A stretch of DNA of 64,000 nt from Vitrella brassicaformis CCMP3155 (GCA_001179505.1 CDMY01000485.1:1-64000); one strand, 5' to 3'; shown: positions 34,188 to 47,291, counted from the first letter of the stretch. Numbers and translations: made by a program. The notes: a model not told the origin generated them from the sequence alone.

Positions 34188-36219
34188 ATGTGGGGTTTGC
34201 TGCACACGCAGCGCAGCCCCCGTGTGCAGGGCCAGGACGGCGGCAGTGTGAGAGACTGCCCCAGTGGTGTTGATGAGACGTGCTACATCCAGCTGCCGAG
34301 AGTCGACGAGGGCGACGCTGCCGCACAGCAGGCCATGATCCACCACACACAGACAGACCATCCCAAGGTCACCCTGCAATGCCCTTGTGGCACAGTGGCC
34401 AGCGGAGGCCTCTGACGAGTGGCGTCTGTGTGCGTCTGTCTGTCCACTGCAGATGGCGTCGGCCTCGAGTGAGCACATTCCTCTGCTGCTGGACGATGGC
34501 CAAGGGCTGACGGAGCCCCAGCTGCCCGACGTCACCGATGACATCACCAAGGCACCGAGACGCTTCGAGCAGGTGGGTTGGTGTCAGTCGACTCTGAGGC
34601 CTCTAGGACGTCTGTGTGTCGTCTGCAGGTCCCCTTGGTGGGCGCCCCGGCCGCCGACAATTGGTATCCGACAGATGCACTGAGACGCAGCATCAGATGG
34701 GCCATCGACGACAAGGATGCGGAGGGCCTGCGGAAGGTCCTCGACGGTCTGTCGCCTGAGCAAACCGAGAAAGTGCTGACGACTGGATGGGAATATGGGA
34801 GCTCTGCCATCCACTACGCCGCACGTAGGCATCGTCGCACCACTGCACACACATGATGCAGCTGAGTGGCCCCTGTGTGTGCTTCTCAGTCAAGTGTACG
34901 GATGTGGCGGTGTTTGAGGTGCTGCTGCACAACCGACACGACCTGCTTTACCTGAAAGATAAGGTGTCGTGCTGGACCATTACACTCATTCCGCTCATTA
35001 GCCGGCCGATATCTTTCTTCTGTGTCTGTAGGAGGGCGACACGCCTCTTCACAAGGCAGCACAGAAAGGGTCAGTTGGTTTGTGGAGCAGTCTGTCGAGT
35101 GGGGCGGAGAGGAGCTGCTGGAAGCTCGGACCAACGTTAGGACGAGGGAAATCTCGACTGGTGCATCGAACAGCAAGCGTCTTCTGTCATGCTGTGATTC
35201 AGATTGGCTGGAAGATTGGCTGGACGCCTCTTCATGATGCAGCATGTCAGTCACTCCTGCAAATGATAGCCACACAACTACATGAGTCTTCAACGTGTCT
35301 CTCCTGCAGTCTCGGGCCATGCCGATGTGGTGGCGGTGATGTTGAAGGTGGACCCACAGCTCTTGAAAATCAAAACCAGCGTAGGCTGCCCGCACCAATC
35401 GACTCTGGTACCTCAACTGTCCCCGCCCGCTAATGTGACAGGAGGGAAAGACGCCTTTCGATTTTGCCCTCAGAAAGCCGAAAGTCGTCGCTGTGATGGC
35501 TGTCGTGGCTGGAGACGTGGCCATGAAGCTGCTCGAGCAAGGCGCGAAAATGGAAGAACTGGACGCCCATGATCTCAAGGAGGTGGTGCCTTTCACGAAG
35601 GGGTTCCTGAAGGACCGCTCTGATTCGCTGGGCCTCGACAGCCTTCGCTTGTGTGCCTTCTTCCGCAAGCTGATGCAGGCACGACAGAAGGACTCCCTCA
35701 CAGAGTGCGATTGAATGGAGAGGAGGGGACATCATGCGAACATCTGCATGCTTCTTCGTCTCTCTCTCTCCTCTCTTTTCTTTTTCGTTCTTCGTGCAGT
35801 GACTTTGAGAATATTTCCAACTGGCAGGAGGTAAACAGTAAGGACACACACAGTCTTACTTGTCGCATTGATTGGGGGGTACGATCCGGGTCAGGCACTC
35901 ACAGCGACTTTCTGCAGCGATACCAGGATGCAAAACTTTGAACAGTCACTTAGAGGCAAAGAGAAAGAATGGTTCGCGGCGCTCGAGTCTGCGGAGCCCC
36001 TCACAGTAGTGACTCAAGGTAGCCAACACAGAGACTTCACCCCCTTTTGGCTGTCGGCCGCTCATGGCGTCGTCCTTCTGCCAATGATTGTGACAGCCAA
36101 CTCCATCTCTCTCGTCACAAAGCATTGGCAGCCGCCACCAGTTTTCAGGATAGGCTGCTTTTGCCGGTCGATTGATTTTGGACCCCGTGATGTCTTCATT
36201 ACCCGCGTGCTGTCAATGC
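34188..36219 (+). pseudogene. Ankyrin-repeat TRP channel pseudogene (N-terminal half only)
   Basis: Exons 1-11 are paralogous to 43047-45030. A 1-nt deletion at about 35079 (ggtttgtgg versus ggtgttgtgg) frameshifts an ankyrin exon. Homology stops at about 36219, where the sequence switches to DNA that lies downstream of the channel gene in the other copies. Confidence 0.8.
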
Positions 36220-36760
36220 GAGTGCATGTGTGTGGATCGGCAGAAACCAGTGAGTCCGTGGTTGGTTGCGTCTGGTGGATGTCTGTCTGTGTTAGGCCAA
36301 TGGCACGGCAAAGCATAGCATAGCATAGCGTCATATCGGTCCCCAGCGCTCTTATCGTCCAGCCCCACGGGCGTCGCTCTCTCTCTTCAGATTCGCTCAC
36401 AGTCAGTCAGTCCGCTACAGAAAAAAAGGAGGCGCAGGTACACAGCTCACCTCACCCCTCACACAGCAGCTCACACCACACCATAGCATAGCAGAGTCAG
36501 TATGGCACACACACATGGAGGTCCCATGCACCACACGCAGCACAACACAGCACCACCGGCGAGAAAGTACAGTGGATCAACCGCACCACGTCGTCAACAA
36601 GACACCACTCACCCACCAGTCCCCCTGACCCAGCAGCCCAACCCCATCCCACATCACCCCGACCATGGCCCCACTCGCCGTGCCGCCCCCCACTGCAGAT
36701 TCGGGGCGGCACGGCGCACAGCAGTGAGTGCACGGCAGGCAGACACGTACGTGAGAGCCT
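36220..36760. repeat. Non-coding block repeated in inverted orientation at about 57880-58410
   Basis: The same spurious peptide MAHTHGGPMHHTQHNTAPPARKYSGST is read at 36502(+) and 58131(-), and the flanks match. Confidence 0.85.
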
Positions 36761-37039
36761 CGCCCACACACATTTCGCTGAGCATCCCCTGGACACGCAT
36801 TTCATCAGCATGCCTGGTACATGAATTTAGCTGATTTCGAGGTCAGTCATCTGCACTGATCGTGCGCTTGCAATAAAGCAGGTCTCATCAATCGCTCGCC
36901 ACACGTACACAAAAGGCACACAGAGGTGTGCGTTCACGCCCAAGGTACCCAGCACACATCACTTAACAGCACACTACCATGCCACGGGAGAGTAGAATCC
37001 CGGCCCCGACAAACACTCACGCGAGGGAGGAGAGAGAGC

Positions 37040-38644
37040 TCACAGGATGGCCAAGAGCCTATACTCGATATACAGCTCCTTTCCCACACGCACGATGCAT
37101 CGCCGCACCTCACCCACACGCATATCAGTGACGACCTCCCGGGCCCACTCGGCCCGATCAGACACACGAACCTCCCGCCCACGGTCCTCGCCTATCTTGT
37201 CTTGTCCGTCGAAGCCGTCACGCCAGTGGATGTAGTCATACTTGACGGTCTGGTTGCGTGTTGGTTTGGGCCCACTGCCCTGCTGCACAATCTTGTACCG
37301 CACTCCAGACGGCATCTGCGTGAAGCCATCGCCACTGCAAAGGCAAAAAAGACGACAGATGGCGACACCAGCCCGGCCTGTTGCTGCCCTCGATCTGTCC
37401 ACCTGGTGTCTGAGATGACTATGTCTGTCTCGACGCCGTACATGGCGGCGTTGATGCCGAAGGCCGCCTGCTCAGTCTCACTGGCCATTGTCAGCACGAC
37501 AGCCGTGTCGGCCGCCGACGCGCCGAGCCGTTTGCGGCGGTAGTGGTCGACCATACGGCCGATGTGGTCGGGCTGCACCACCTCGACGGGCCGCGGCCAC
37601 CTACACACACGCAGGCACACAGGCAGCCATCGGTGTGCATCTCTGTCATTGTCAGGCTGTCCATGTGTGGCTGACATGTCGAAGCGGTTTTTGAGCTTGT
37701 CGTTCATTTCGTCGACGGTGGACTGTGTGGTGGCGATGGCGTGGCCGCAGACCCTCACTGACCGAATGGGATCGTCGCCACTCAGAGGTGCCAGGAATGG
37801 CGTGACGGCCTGGTCCCACACAGACAGGCACACAAACAGGGCGCATCAGATGAATAGCTCCTCTCCCCCCATCGTGTGTGTCACCTTGATCTCGTTGTCG
37901 AGGTTTGTGTCTCGTCGCTTGGCGGCCTCCAGCTGCCCCTCCAGCCGGGCCGTCTCGGTGTTGGCTGCCCGCACGATGGCCTCCACGGCGCTGACCAGGG
38001 ACTCACTGTGGGCGGGAAGGCTCTCGGCCGCTATGGTGGGCTCGCCATCGGCCCTTGGAGGGGCGTCTGAGGCCGCTTTGTCGAGCGGCGACAGCAGCAG
38101 CTTGACCCAGAAGTCATGCAAACCTGCACCACACAGCCCAATAGAAGCGTAGCTGACCTCTGTGCCTCTGCTCACCTCTGTGGTCCCGCTTGGTGGCCTC
38201 ATCCAGCAGGTGACCGACCGACGCCGTCTTGCCCGCACTGCGAAGGGTCACGGCGTCGAGGATGGCCTTGTGGATGGCCTTGAAGGCCTCAGGGCAAACG
38301 TCCACGAAGATCCTCTGCTTGTCGTCCTTCCTCAGCCGGCCGTCCCAGCAGCCCGAGAACAGCGCCGCCAGCAGAGTGCCCTCCACGCCGTCGCCCTCCG
38401 TCAGGTGCTTGCGGCTCACGTGCCACTCGACGCCGCCCACACTCAGTGTCAGCTCGTCATCGGGCGATGCCCTTGACGGGTCGGAGGCGCCGTGTTTCTG
38501 CCTCTCTCGCTGGGCGTCGTGGTCGGCTTGGCGGATCTGCCCATGCAGGTGGCCGATGGCGTCGCTGATGGCGGTGACAGGCACGTGCAGCCGATCGAGA
38601 ATCGCAATGGCGCTGAACTTGCGAGCGGCCAAGTCGGCGTCCAT
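37040..38644 (-). CDS. BTB + degenerate BTB + FKBP-like protein, copy E (apparently intact)
   Basis: ATG at 38644. BTB exons are nearly identical to copy D by eye. FKBP exon GDGFTQMPSGVRYKIVQQGSGPKPT..EYRLLAIL* ends at 37040. Confidence 0.82.
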
Positions 38645-38988
38645 CGTCGCTGCTCAACAGATCTCTGTCTGTGAGTACCTGCATGTCACACGGATAAATG
38701 GGATGAATAGATCTGGTTCTTGTTGATTGCTGTGTCACACCCTTCCCGCACCTGATGACGTCAGGGCGTCAGACGATGCCAAGATCCACGTGCGGAGCTC
38801 CCTTCTTCAGAAGTCTGAGCTTGCAGTTCAGGAAATGGCAAGGAAAGCGGCTTGGGAGCAGGTGATGCATGTGGATGGATGGGTAGATGGATGGATGGAT
38901 GGGTGAATTGATGCCCTTTCCGTCCTGTTGGAATCGTCACAATGATTCCGCCGTATGAGGTCGGCAGGGCATCGGATGCGACGTAGTT

Positions 38989-39369
38989 ATGGATGCCTCG
39001 GCGGCAGAGGATCATATGTCGGCCCAGACCACACCATCGGGCACCATGATTAGCAAGGTAAGTCAGAGAGATCTGCCGGAATATAACCGATAAGTGACAA
39101 CAGGTTTGCTGCCGTGCTGTGTGTGTTTTCGTTTGATGCAGTTGTGTACCGACGCTAGTTTGTTGCGCGAGGGGCTCCAGCGGCTGCAGACGGACGCACA
39201 GCGGAGCTGCGAGACGTACCAGCGAGATGGCGGTGGGGTGGCCGAGGCGTCGCTCTCCTATGCGGTGTCACAAGTGTCCGTTGCTGAGGCTGCCGTGGCT
39301 GGTGCAATGGACTCCCTCACAGCAATGGCGGCCATGGCCCTCCCACAGCCAATGGACGACGTCAGTGCG

Positions 39370-39400
<31 letters not shown>

Positions 39401-41605
39401 TGGCCATCGAAGTGCCGCCCGAAGAGCCCGATGCTGAGGTCCGGAGGACTCAAGAGGGATGGGTGCGGGGTGGCATCTGTTCATTTCTGTGCTGTTGCTG
39501 TGTTGCTGGCTGGTGCAGAGTAGTGCTGTGGTAGAGGAGGAGGAGGGCGCCCCGACGCCATCGTTTCGCCTGGTCCACACGTCGGGGAAACCGCCGCCGA
39601 ACAGTGGACCGGTAAAAGCAAGACAACAAAGACCGCCCATACGTGCACGACCCTGTCGACCTCTGTGTGTGAATGTGTGTCTTGTACAGCCGTCCCTTCG
39701 CCTCTCCCCCGATGAGCTGGCGTGTGTGTTCGGCTTCTACCAGCCCTCAGAGCTGACGCGCGTCGCCACCACGATCGGCAAGACGGTCTTCGGCTGGGCG
39801 GCCAAGCGATACACCCATCTGACCATCGACGGCTCGGACAAGGGCGGCGTGCGCCAGCAGTGGGAGCGAATGCCCCTGGAGGTGGCACACCGGTGGGGCC
39901 AGCGGGCGGCCAACATCGCCCACCTGCACGTCATCTACAAGAACCAAGCCAGCCGCTGGTGTCGTGGGACCTGGGTGGCGCTGATCGAGGGGAATGCCGA
40001 GGCCAGGAAGGCCATGAGGGCGAAGAGGAAGGAGAGGCAGGGCGGGGCAGCAGCAGCAGCGGCAGCAGCCAGAGGGCAGGACCTGCCATCCGCGGCGTCG
40101 TCCATCAAGGTCCTCAGCTTCGAGGAGGACATCGACGACGAGCCGCACCACTACGACGATCAAACTCTACCGGTGGACCCCCTGCCCCTGTCCCCCCCGC
40201 CCGTCGACCTGTCGGCCCTCGAGGAGGTGCATAACATGCCATACGGATGTGCGGCCGTGCGCAAGGGCCGTCGCGTGTGGCAGACGCCGTCGGTGCGGGC
40301 CATGACCTTCAAGGAGGACGACGGTTATTCGAGCGACGCGGCGGGATGGATGACGTCATGCGAGCATCTGGAGACATTCGACGATGGCGGCCCGACAGCC
40401 CGCTCCAAGCTGAGGCTGCTGTGCATGCCGCCACTGGGGAGCTCCCTCGCCCGCCTGCGATCCATCGGCCCCCTCAAGCTGCGGAGTGATGAGGCTGTGC
40501 AGACAGTGGACAACCTCCGGCAGGCCTTTGTGGAGCGGGGATGTCACAAGTCCCTTCGCGAGCTGCCCATTGAGGCCACCGAGATCACGGCGGAGCACAA
40601 GGGGCTGCTGCAGGAGGTGGCCCTGCTGTCGGAGGCAATGCTGCAGCCGGAGGCCCTCAGCCAGCCGCAGGTTGTCAAGAAGGCAGACAATCTCGAGATG
40701 GAGCTGGAACTCATCGAATGGATGGCCAATGAAAGACCTCAGGTAGACAAGACACCACGGGCGGCTGCGCCTCAACACATTCAGACGCAGTTGTCCCCAA
40801 TGCGGTCTGTCTGTGTGCCTGCAGGTGCAGAAGCTCGTTCGTGAGTTTGCCGCTGTCACCGATGTGGTCTTCTACAAGAACGAGCTCACCGACCCCAACG
40901 CCGCCGCACACGCGGCCGCATATTTCCCCCGCGCCACCACATTCCGCTGCACGGCGGGAGAGCTGCCGCCACGGGTGCGGAGCGGCCTGGCCAAGACGGT
41001 CGCCAACATGCCCCGGTGCAGCACCATCGGCTTCGTGGATAATCTCGAGGCGCACCAGGACGCGCCGAAGAATTCTGTGGCCTTCCTGGAGTCAGTCAAG
41101 AGGCACATGGCCACAGGGAAGGGGCCGGGGGCCGGGGAGGGGGGCGATAGCAACGAGGGCGAGACGGAGAGGAGCCTATCAGTGAACATTGAGGTGTCGG
41201 CGAAAGGCATCTTGGACCACAGCCGGCCGCTGCAGAAGTGGGCGAGCCACGACCTGCCGGCCATCGACGAGGTCAACGTCTATGTGATGGGTAAGCAGTG
41301 CCACACGAGGTAGACAGCCCACCTGAGCAGCTCACACATCACGAGTATGTGTGTCGCTGCTGTGTGCAGACGGGCTAGAAGAGGACGACTCGATGGTGGC
41401 CTTGTACGGCTCGATGATGGCGTCGCTCGTCGGCATCATTTCGCGACCCGGTGTGAGCGAGGCGTCCATTGTCTTCCTGAGTCTCCACGTCCTTGGCCAT
41501 ATGAGGCGGCTGTTCCAGTCGCAGCTCGCATGGTTCAACCTGCTGGACACAGCATACAGCGTCACCATGGAGGACGACACCATCACCGTCGAGACGCGCA
41601 CGTAG
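38989..41605 (+). CDS. F-box-like lineage-expanded protein, copy 3 (6 exons, intact)
   Basis: ATG at 38989 (MDASAAEDHMSAQTTPSGTMISK). Same exon structure as copy 2. Stop at 41605. Confidence 0.8.
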
Positions 41606-43046
41606 ACGATACCACAGCTGGTGAGAGGGAACGGAGAGGCCGGACAGAGAGGGCACGTGTGTGCATCTACTTGGTCGCCTGTTGTGTGTGTTTGTGTGTG
41701 CGGTGTCAGGTAGCCGTAGACATCGGCAGCCTGACTGCTGTTGGATGAAGTATTGGTGGCTGCGGGCGGGGCGGATCTCTGTCGTTGATTGTGGATAGAC
41801 ACTAAAGGATAAATGGATGGACGGATGGATGGGCATATGTGTTGCGTGAAGCGGTTGTCAATGACTGTGTGAGACCGACTGCTGGAATACCATGAATCCG
41901 TGTGTATACATAGGCCTATGTGGGTCGCATGGGCAGATGTGTGTGAGTGCAGCGGTTGTCAATGACTGTGTGAGACCGACTACTGGAGTAACATCAATCC
42001 GTGTGTATATATATTGGGTGGGTCCGCATCGGCCTCATCGACTTGACTCATCACTCCTGCTGGCCCCTTGCATGATGCACGTGACATGAGATCGTCAGCC
42101 ATTATTCGAACACACACACGCGGTTCTTGTGCTGTCCTTTGTGTGGTATTATGTCAGGTATGTGCTATGCAGAGCGGTGCTTCCTCGCTCGCCTCGAGAC
42201 ACTGGCCAAACACATGATCATCCTCAGGGGAAGATGGACACACTCTCGTATCGCAGCGCCACTGTGCGGCTGTTTTGTTTTGTCTTAATGGTCGTTAGGG
42301 TCGGATCGGACCAACACGGCACCGACATGCTCACCAGTGTCACCACCATCAAAACATCAGACGCTGCGGAACGGATCCCACATATATGTACACCGACAAT
42401 ATCTGTCTGTCTGTCTGTCTGTCTCTGTGCAGCTTTGTGGCATCAGTGCTCAAGCAGCAAGGGCACCAGGTGTGTCGTGTGTGGCTGCGGTGATGGCTCA
42501 GGAGGGCGGCCTACGTCGCGTGTGCCGAGTGTGCTGTGTCTCAAGCTGCGCGACTGACGTGACTGACTAACCTACGGGTTTTGAGTGTGTGCTTTTCCTC
42601 TCCCCTTCGCTCTGCCACTGTTGTGCATACGTTCATTCGTCCGGATATAGTCAGGATAGACATAGATAGCCATTCATGAGCTGACTGACCGAGGAGCGAG
42701 GATCTAGATCTGATGACATTGTGTGTGCAGCAGCAGTATGTTGTGTGAGATACGTTAACTCATAGCCCAACGGCAGGAAGAGTCTGGCGGTCTCTCATGT
42801 AATGAACTGCGTCAACATAGTATCTGTGAGCTTGAGAGGTTGCGCCCATAATGTGGCACTGTATGTGTGCGAGGAACGACTTCATGTGTGTTCAGCAATC
42901 TGGCCATTCAGACAGGCAGATCAAAATAGAAGACACAGCTTGAAGAGAGGCGATGAAGAGAGTTGCGGCATGCAGCGTGGGGGCGGCAATTGAGGGCTGT
43001 AGCCGCTGCACTCTTGCCGAGTCGCGCCACAGCCCTCGTGGGAAAG

Positions 43047-46000
43047 ATGTGGGGTTTGCTGCGCACGCAGCGCAGCCCCCGTGTGCAGGGCCAGGAGGGC
43101 GACAGTGTGCGAGACGGCCACAGCCGCCCCAGTGGTGTTGATGAGGCGTGCTACATCCAGCTGCCGAGAGTCGACGAGGGCGACGCTGCCGCACAGCAGG
43201 CCATCCACCACACACAGACAGACCATCCCAAGGTCACCCTGCAATGCCCTTGCTGCACAGTGACCAGCGGCTGCCTCTGACGCCTGGTGTCTGTGTCTGT
43301 CTGTCTGTCCACTGCAGATGGCGTCGGCCTCGAGTGAGCACATTCCTCTGCTGCTGGACGATGGCCAAGGGCTGATGGAGCCCCAGCTGCCGGACGTCAG
43401 CGATGACATCACCAAGGCACCGAGACGCTTCGAGCAGGTGGGTTGGTGTCAGTCGACTCTGAGGCCTCTCGGACGTCTGTGTGTCGTCTGCAGGTCCCCT
43501 TGGTGGGTGCCCCGGCCGCCGACAATTGGTATCCGACAGATGCACTGAGACGCAGCATCAAAAAGGCCATCAAAGAGTCAGATGCGGAGGGCCTGCGGAA
43601 GGCCCTCGCCGGTCTGTCGCCTGAGCAAACCGAGAAAGCCCTGACGACTGGAGGGTGGTATGGGTCTGCCATCCATTACGCCGCAGGTATGCCTCTTCGC
43701 ATTACAACAAACACATGATGCAGCCGCGGCCCCTGTGTGTGCTTCTCAGGCGAGTGTAGGGATGTGGCGGTGTTTGAGGTGCTGCTGCACAGCCGACGCC
43801 ACCTGCTCAACCTGAAAAACCCGGTATCGTGCGCGACGGTTATACTCATTCTGTCCGTCAGCTGACCGGTGTCTTCCCAACTGTCTTCATGCTGTGTCGG
43901 TAGAATGGCCAGACGCCTCTTCATCGGGCAGTACAGACGGGGTCAGTTGGTGTTGTGGAGAAGTTTGTCGAGTGGGGCGGAAAGCATATGTTGGAAGCTC
44001 GGGCCGACGTAACGATGGGACAATGTCGAGTGGTGCATTGGACATCATGTCTTCTGGTTCGTGCTGTGTCTGTAGTTTGGCTGGACGCCTCTTCATACGG
44101 CAGCACGTCAGTCACTCCTGCAAGTGACAGCCACAAGTACATGAGTCTTCGACGTGTACCTCTCCTGCAGAAGAGGGCCATGTCGATGTGGTGGAGGTGA
44201 TGTTGAGGGTGGACCCACAGCTCTTGAAAATCAAAAACGTAGACTGCACTGCACCTATCCAGTTTCGTCTTGGAATTGTCCCTGCCCGTGACTCTGACAG
44301 GAAGGAAAGACGCCTTTCGATTTGGCCCTCAAAGGAAAGAAGCTGATACTCGTTGCTGCGATGGCTGTCGTGGCTGGAGACGTGGCTGTGAAGCTGGTCG
44401 AGGGAGGCGCGAAAATGGAAGATGTGGACGCTAAGGATCTCAAGGAGATGGTGCCCTTCACGAAGGGGTTCCTGAAGGACCGCTCTGATTCGCCGGGCCC
44501 CGACCGCCTTCGCTTGTGTGCCTTCTTCCGCAAGATGATGCAGACAGGGCAGAAGGACTCCCTCACAGAGTACAGAAAGGGAGCAACACAATGCGAACAT
44601 CTGCATGTCTGTGTGAGTACCTGCAGTGACCTCGGAGCCATTGCAGACCGGCAGGAAGTAATCAGGAAGGGACACACACACCGCATTCTGCATTGCCCAT
44701 CGCTTTAGGCTCTCACAACAAACTTCTGCAGCGATACCAGGATGCGGGACTTCGAAGAGTCACTCAAAGGCAGAGAGACAGAGTGGTTTGCACTGCTTGA
44801 ATCGGCGGAGCCCCTCACTGTCGTCACTCAAGGTGACCCACAAAAGGGATTTCCCATTCTCGGTCTGTCCGTTCATGTCTCCTCCTTTCCCTCTGCTGCG
44901 AATGATTGCGACAGCCAACTGCATCTCTCTCGTCGCCAAGCATTGGCATCCACCAGTTGGAGTAGGGGGGATTCGGCTGTCGCCCCGTGACATCTTCATC
45001 AGCCGAGTGCTGTCAATGCTGCTCATGTAAGACAGCAGACATGCACTACGATGGAGGCAGAGAGAGCGCATGGCATCTCTTCTCTCTCTGTGTGTGCCTT
45101 GCAGGGTGGCCTTTGTGCTGCTGCACATCGAGTCGATCAGAGGAGACAGCGGCATGATCATGGCGGGGCTGTGGCCGGCGGTGTGGCTGTGGGGTGCGGT
45201 GCTGACCGGAGGCGGCTTCAATTTACAGGAGGCCTTCCAAGTGAGACAGACGAGAGGAGACATGACTTATCACGACTAACACGCATCATGCTTATGCGTG
45301 TGCAGGGCATCCGCCTGAAGGCAGCGTACTGGGCCGACTCATGGTACGAGTCCGAAATGCAGAGGCAGCCATACTGGCGGCCTCATCTTCACGCTGTTGT
45401 TGGCATACATCACTGCAGGAATGTCATCGATATGTCTTCAAGCCTGGCGATCGCTGCCTTCATCGCCGTCCACTTCCGAGGCTACTCTGCCGAGGCGGAA
45501 GTGAGCTCAGGGATCGTCATAGCGCTGCTCTTTGCGCTGCGCCTCCTGCAAACCGCCAGCCTGCAGCCAACCGTGGGGTCACTCATCCTGTCAGTGAGAG
45601 AGAGAGCCACACAGACACACAGAGAGAGACAGAGAGAGAGAGGCGTCTGATGCTGTGTGTGACGGGTGTGTGTGTCAGTGCGATCGTGAGGATGTTTTCG
45701 GACATCAGCATCTTTCTTTGTCTGTACGTCTACATCCTGCTGGTCTTCGCGGGCGTCTTCACCGTCCTCTCGTCCGATGAAGACCACCAGTACTTCGGCT
45801 CCTTCCCCAAAGCCACACTCACACTGTAAGTATGGGACCTCATGAGAAGACACAGAGGAAAGGGACACCTGCCTCTCTCCGTCTTGTCGTGCTGTGCAGT
45901 TTCTTTGCCGGACAGGGCGACTTCAACGAGGCGCTGACCAACGCCATAGAGAGCCACGACACGCTGGGGGCCGTCCTGCTGTTCACATACGTCATCCTCT

Positions 46001-47291
46001 CGTCCATCATACTCGTACGTCGGCACCACTCAGGCAGTCAGCACCACACAAGGACTCCCTTTGTCTGTCTCTCTTTGTGTCTGTCGGCATCCATCGATAG
46101 CTGGACCTGCTCATCGCCATCATGGTGAGACAGACACGAGATACAAGCCTTAGGGACATCGACAGGGCGACGGACAAGGCGTGTGTGTGTCACCATTAGG
46201 CGTCGACGTATGCGGCCATCGAGGAGACACAGGCTGCACAATATCAGTATCAGAGACAAGGGAGACAGACAGACAGACAGCGGCGCATAATGGTCCTCTC
46301 TCCGCTCATCTACTCAGGCTGCTGCGGATTCGCGTGTTGAATGAGTACCTCACAATGCCTCGCCACGAGAGGCTGCCGCCGCCATTCAACCTCATCGGTC
46401 GGTGCGACACGAGACATGACATGTGGGCATGATCTGTGTCTGTGCAGCTGTGTTCGTGTCGGAGCCCCTGCGATATCTCGCCTCCCTCATAAGCGAACAA
46501 CGGCGGGAGCAGTCGGCACTCTGCCGCATTGCCTTCTGGTCGATGAAAGTCGTCTACGTCACCGTCGACGGACTCCTGCTTATCGTCGCCTTCACACCCG
46601 TGGCCACCTACAAAATGCTGGAGGATATTCTCCGAGCGATAGGGAAGGGGGACTATGTGGTGGTACTGTGTCACGTACTCTGCTTACCCCTTCTCATCCT
46701 CCTGACGCCCGCTAATCTTCTGTGCCACTACGCCCAATGGGTGAGGGTCAGAAGACACGCGAGATCAGACAAAAGCAGAGGCACTGTCTCGTTTCTCTGG
46801 AATGTTCGCTTGGCAGGGGCTGCTGTTTTCTTTTGACGCCACCAAAACCGACAGCGCGGAGACGGCTGATGAGAGACGCAAAGCACGGGAATCATACAAG
46901 GACCGCATCGACAAGTGGATTGAGGCGGCAGACCATCACGACTCGGGCGTACCTGACGTCATGGGAGGTGAGACAGGACAGACAGGCGTCTCACGAGGAA
47001 GGCGACAAGGCTGTGTCTGTCTATGTGCTGCAGCCCTCAGGCAGTTCAAAGCCGAAATCCAACCAGGTGCCAAAGTGAAGAATCTTGTATATTCGCCTTA
47101 ATCCATCTCGACTTCTCTCTCCCTGTCTGACTGTCCCAGTTGTGCAACAGATGGACAAGCGACAGACGGAGATGGACAAGCGACAGACGGAGCGACAAGA
47201 CGCCCGGCACAGGCAGATGGAGAAACGGCTGACCGAGATGGAGGTAGGGATGGAGGCGCTCATCAGGGAGATCAAGGCGAAGATCAAATGA
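43047..47291 (+). CDS. Ankyrin-repeat TRP-family cation channel, copy 1 (more than 20 exons)
   Basis: Ankyrin repeats GSAIHYAA, GQTPLHRAV, GWTPLHTAA, GKTPFDLA. TM region YWADSWNVIDM (S2-S3), LRLLQ..VGSLILSIVRMFSDISIFL (S4-S5), pore FGSFPKATLTLFFAGQGDF, S6 IILLDLLIAIMASTY, TRP-box-like RVLNEYL..LPPPFNLI, C-terminal coiled coil ..EIKAKIK*. Confidence 0.85.

Larger units (their letters stand above)
28194..36830. repeat. Tandem segmental duplication, unit 1: [BTB-FKBP(-), F-box-like(+), ankyrin-TRP(+, truncated)]
   Basis: Genes, introns and intergenic DNA are colinear with 36850-48345. The left boundary motif ctgcac..atcgtgcgcttgcaataaa occurs at about 28194 and about 36850. Confidence 0.85.

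Noticed and set aside
41850-42013. Local tandem duplication of about 100 bp in intergenic DNA of unit 2
   Set aside because: It is real but looks like ordinary slippage in non-coding DNA, with no functional sign.
47130-47240. Short tandem repeats (atggacaagcgacagacggag) as a possible CRISPR-like or regulatory array
   Set aside because: They are in-frame repeats encoding the channel's coiled coil (MDKRQTE) and have no unique spacers.
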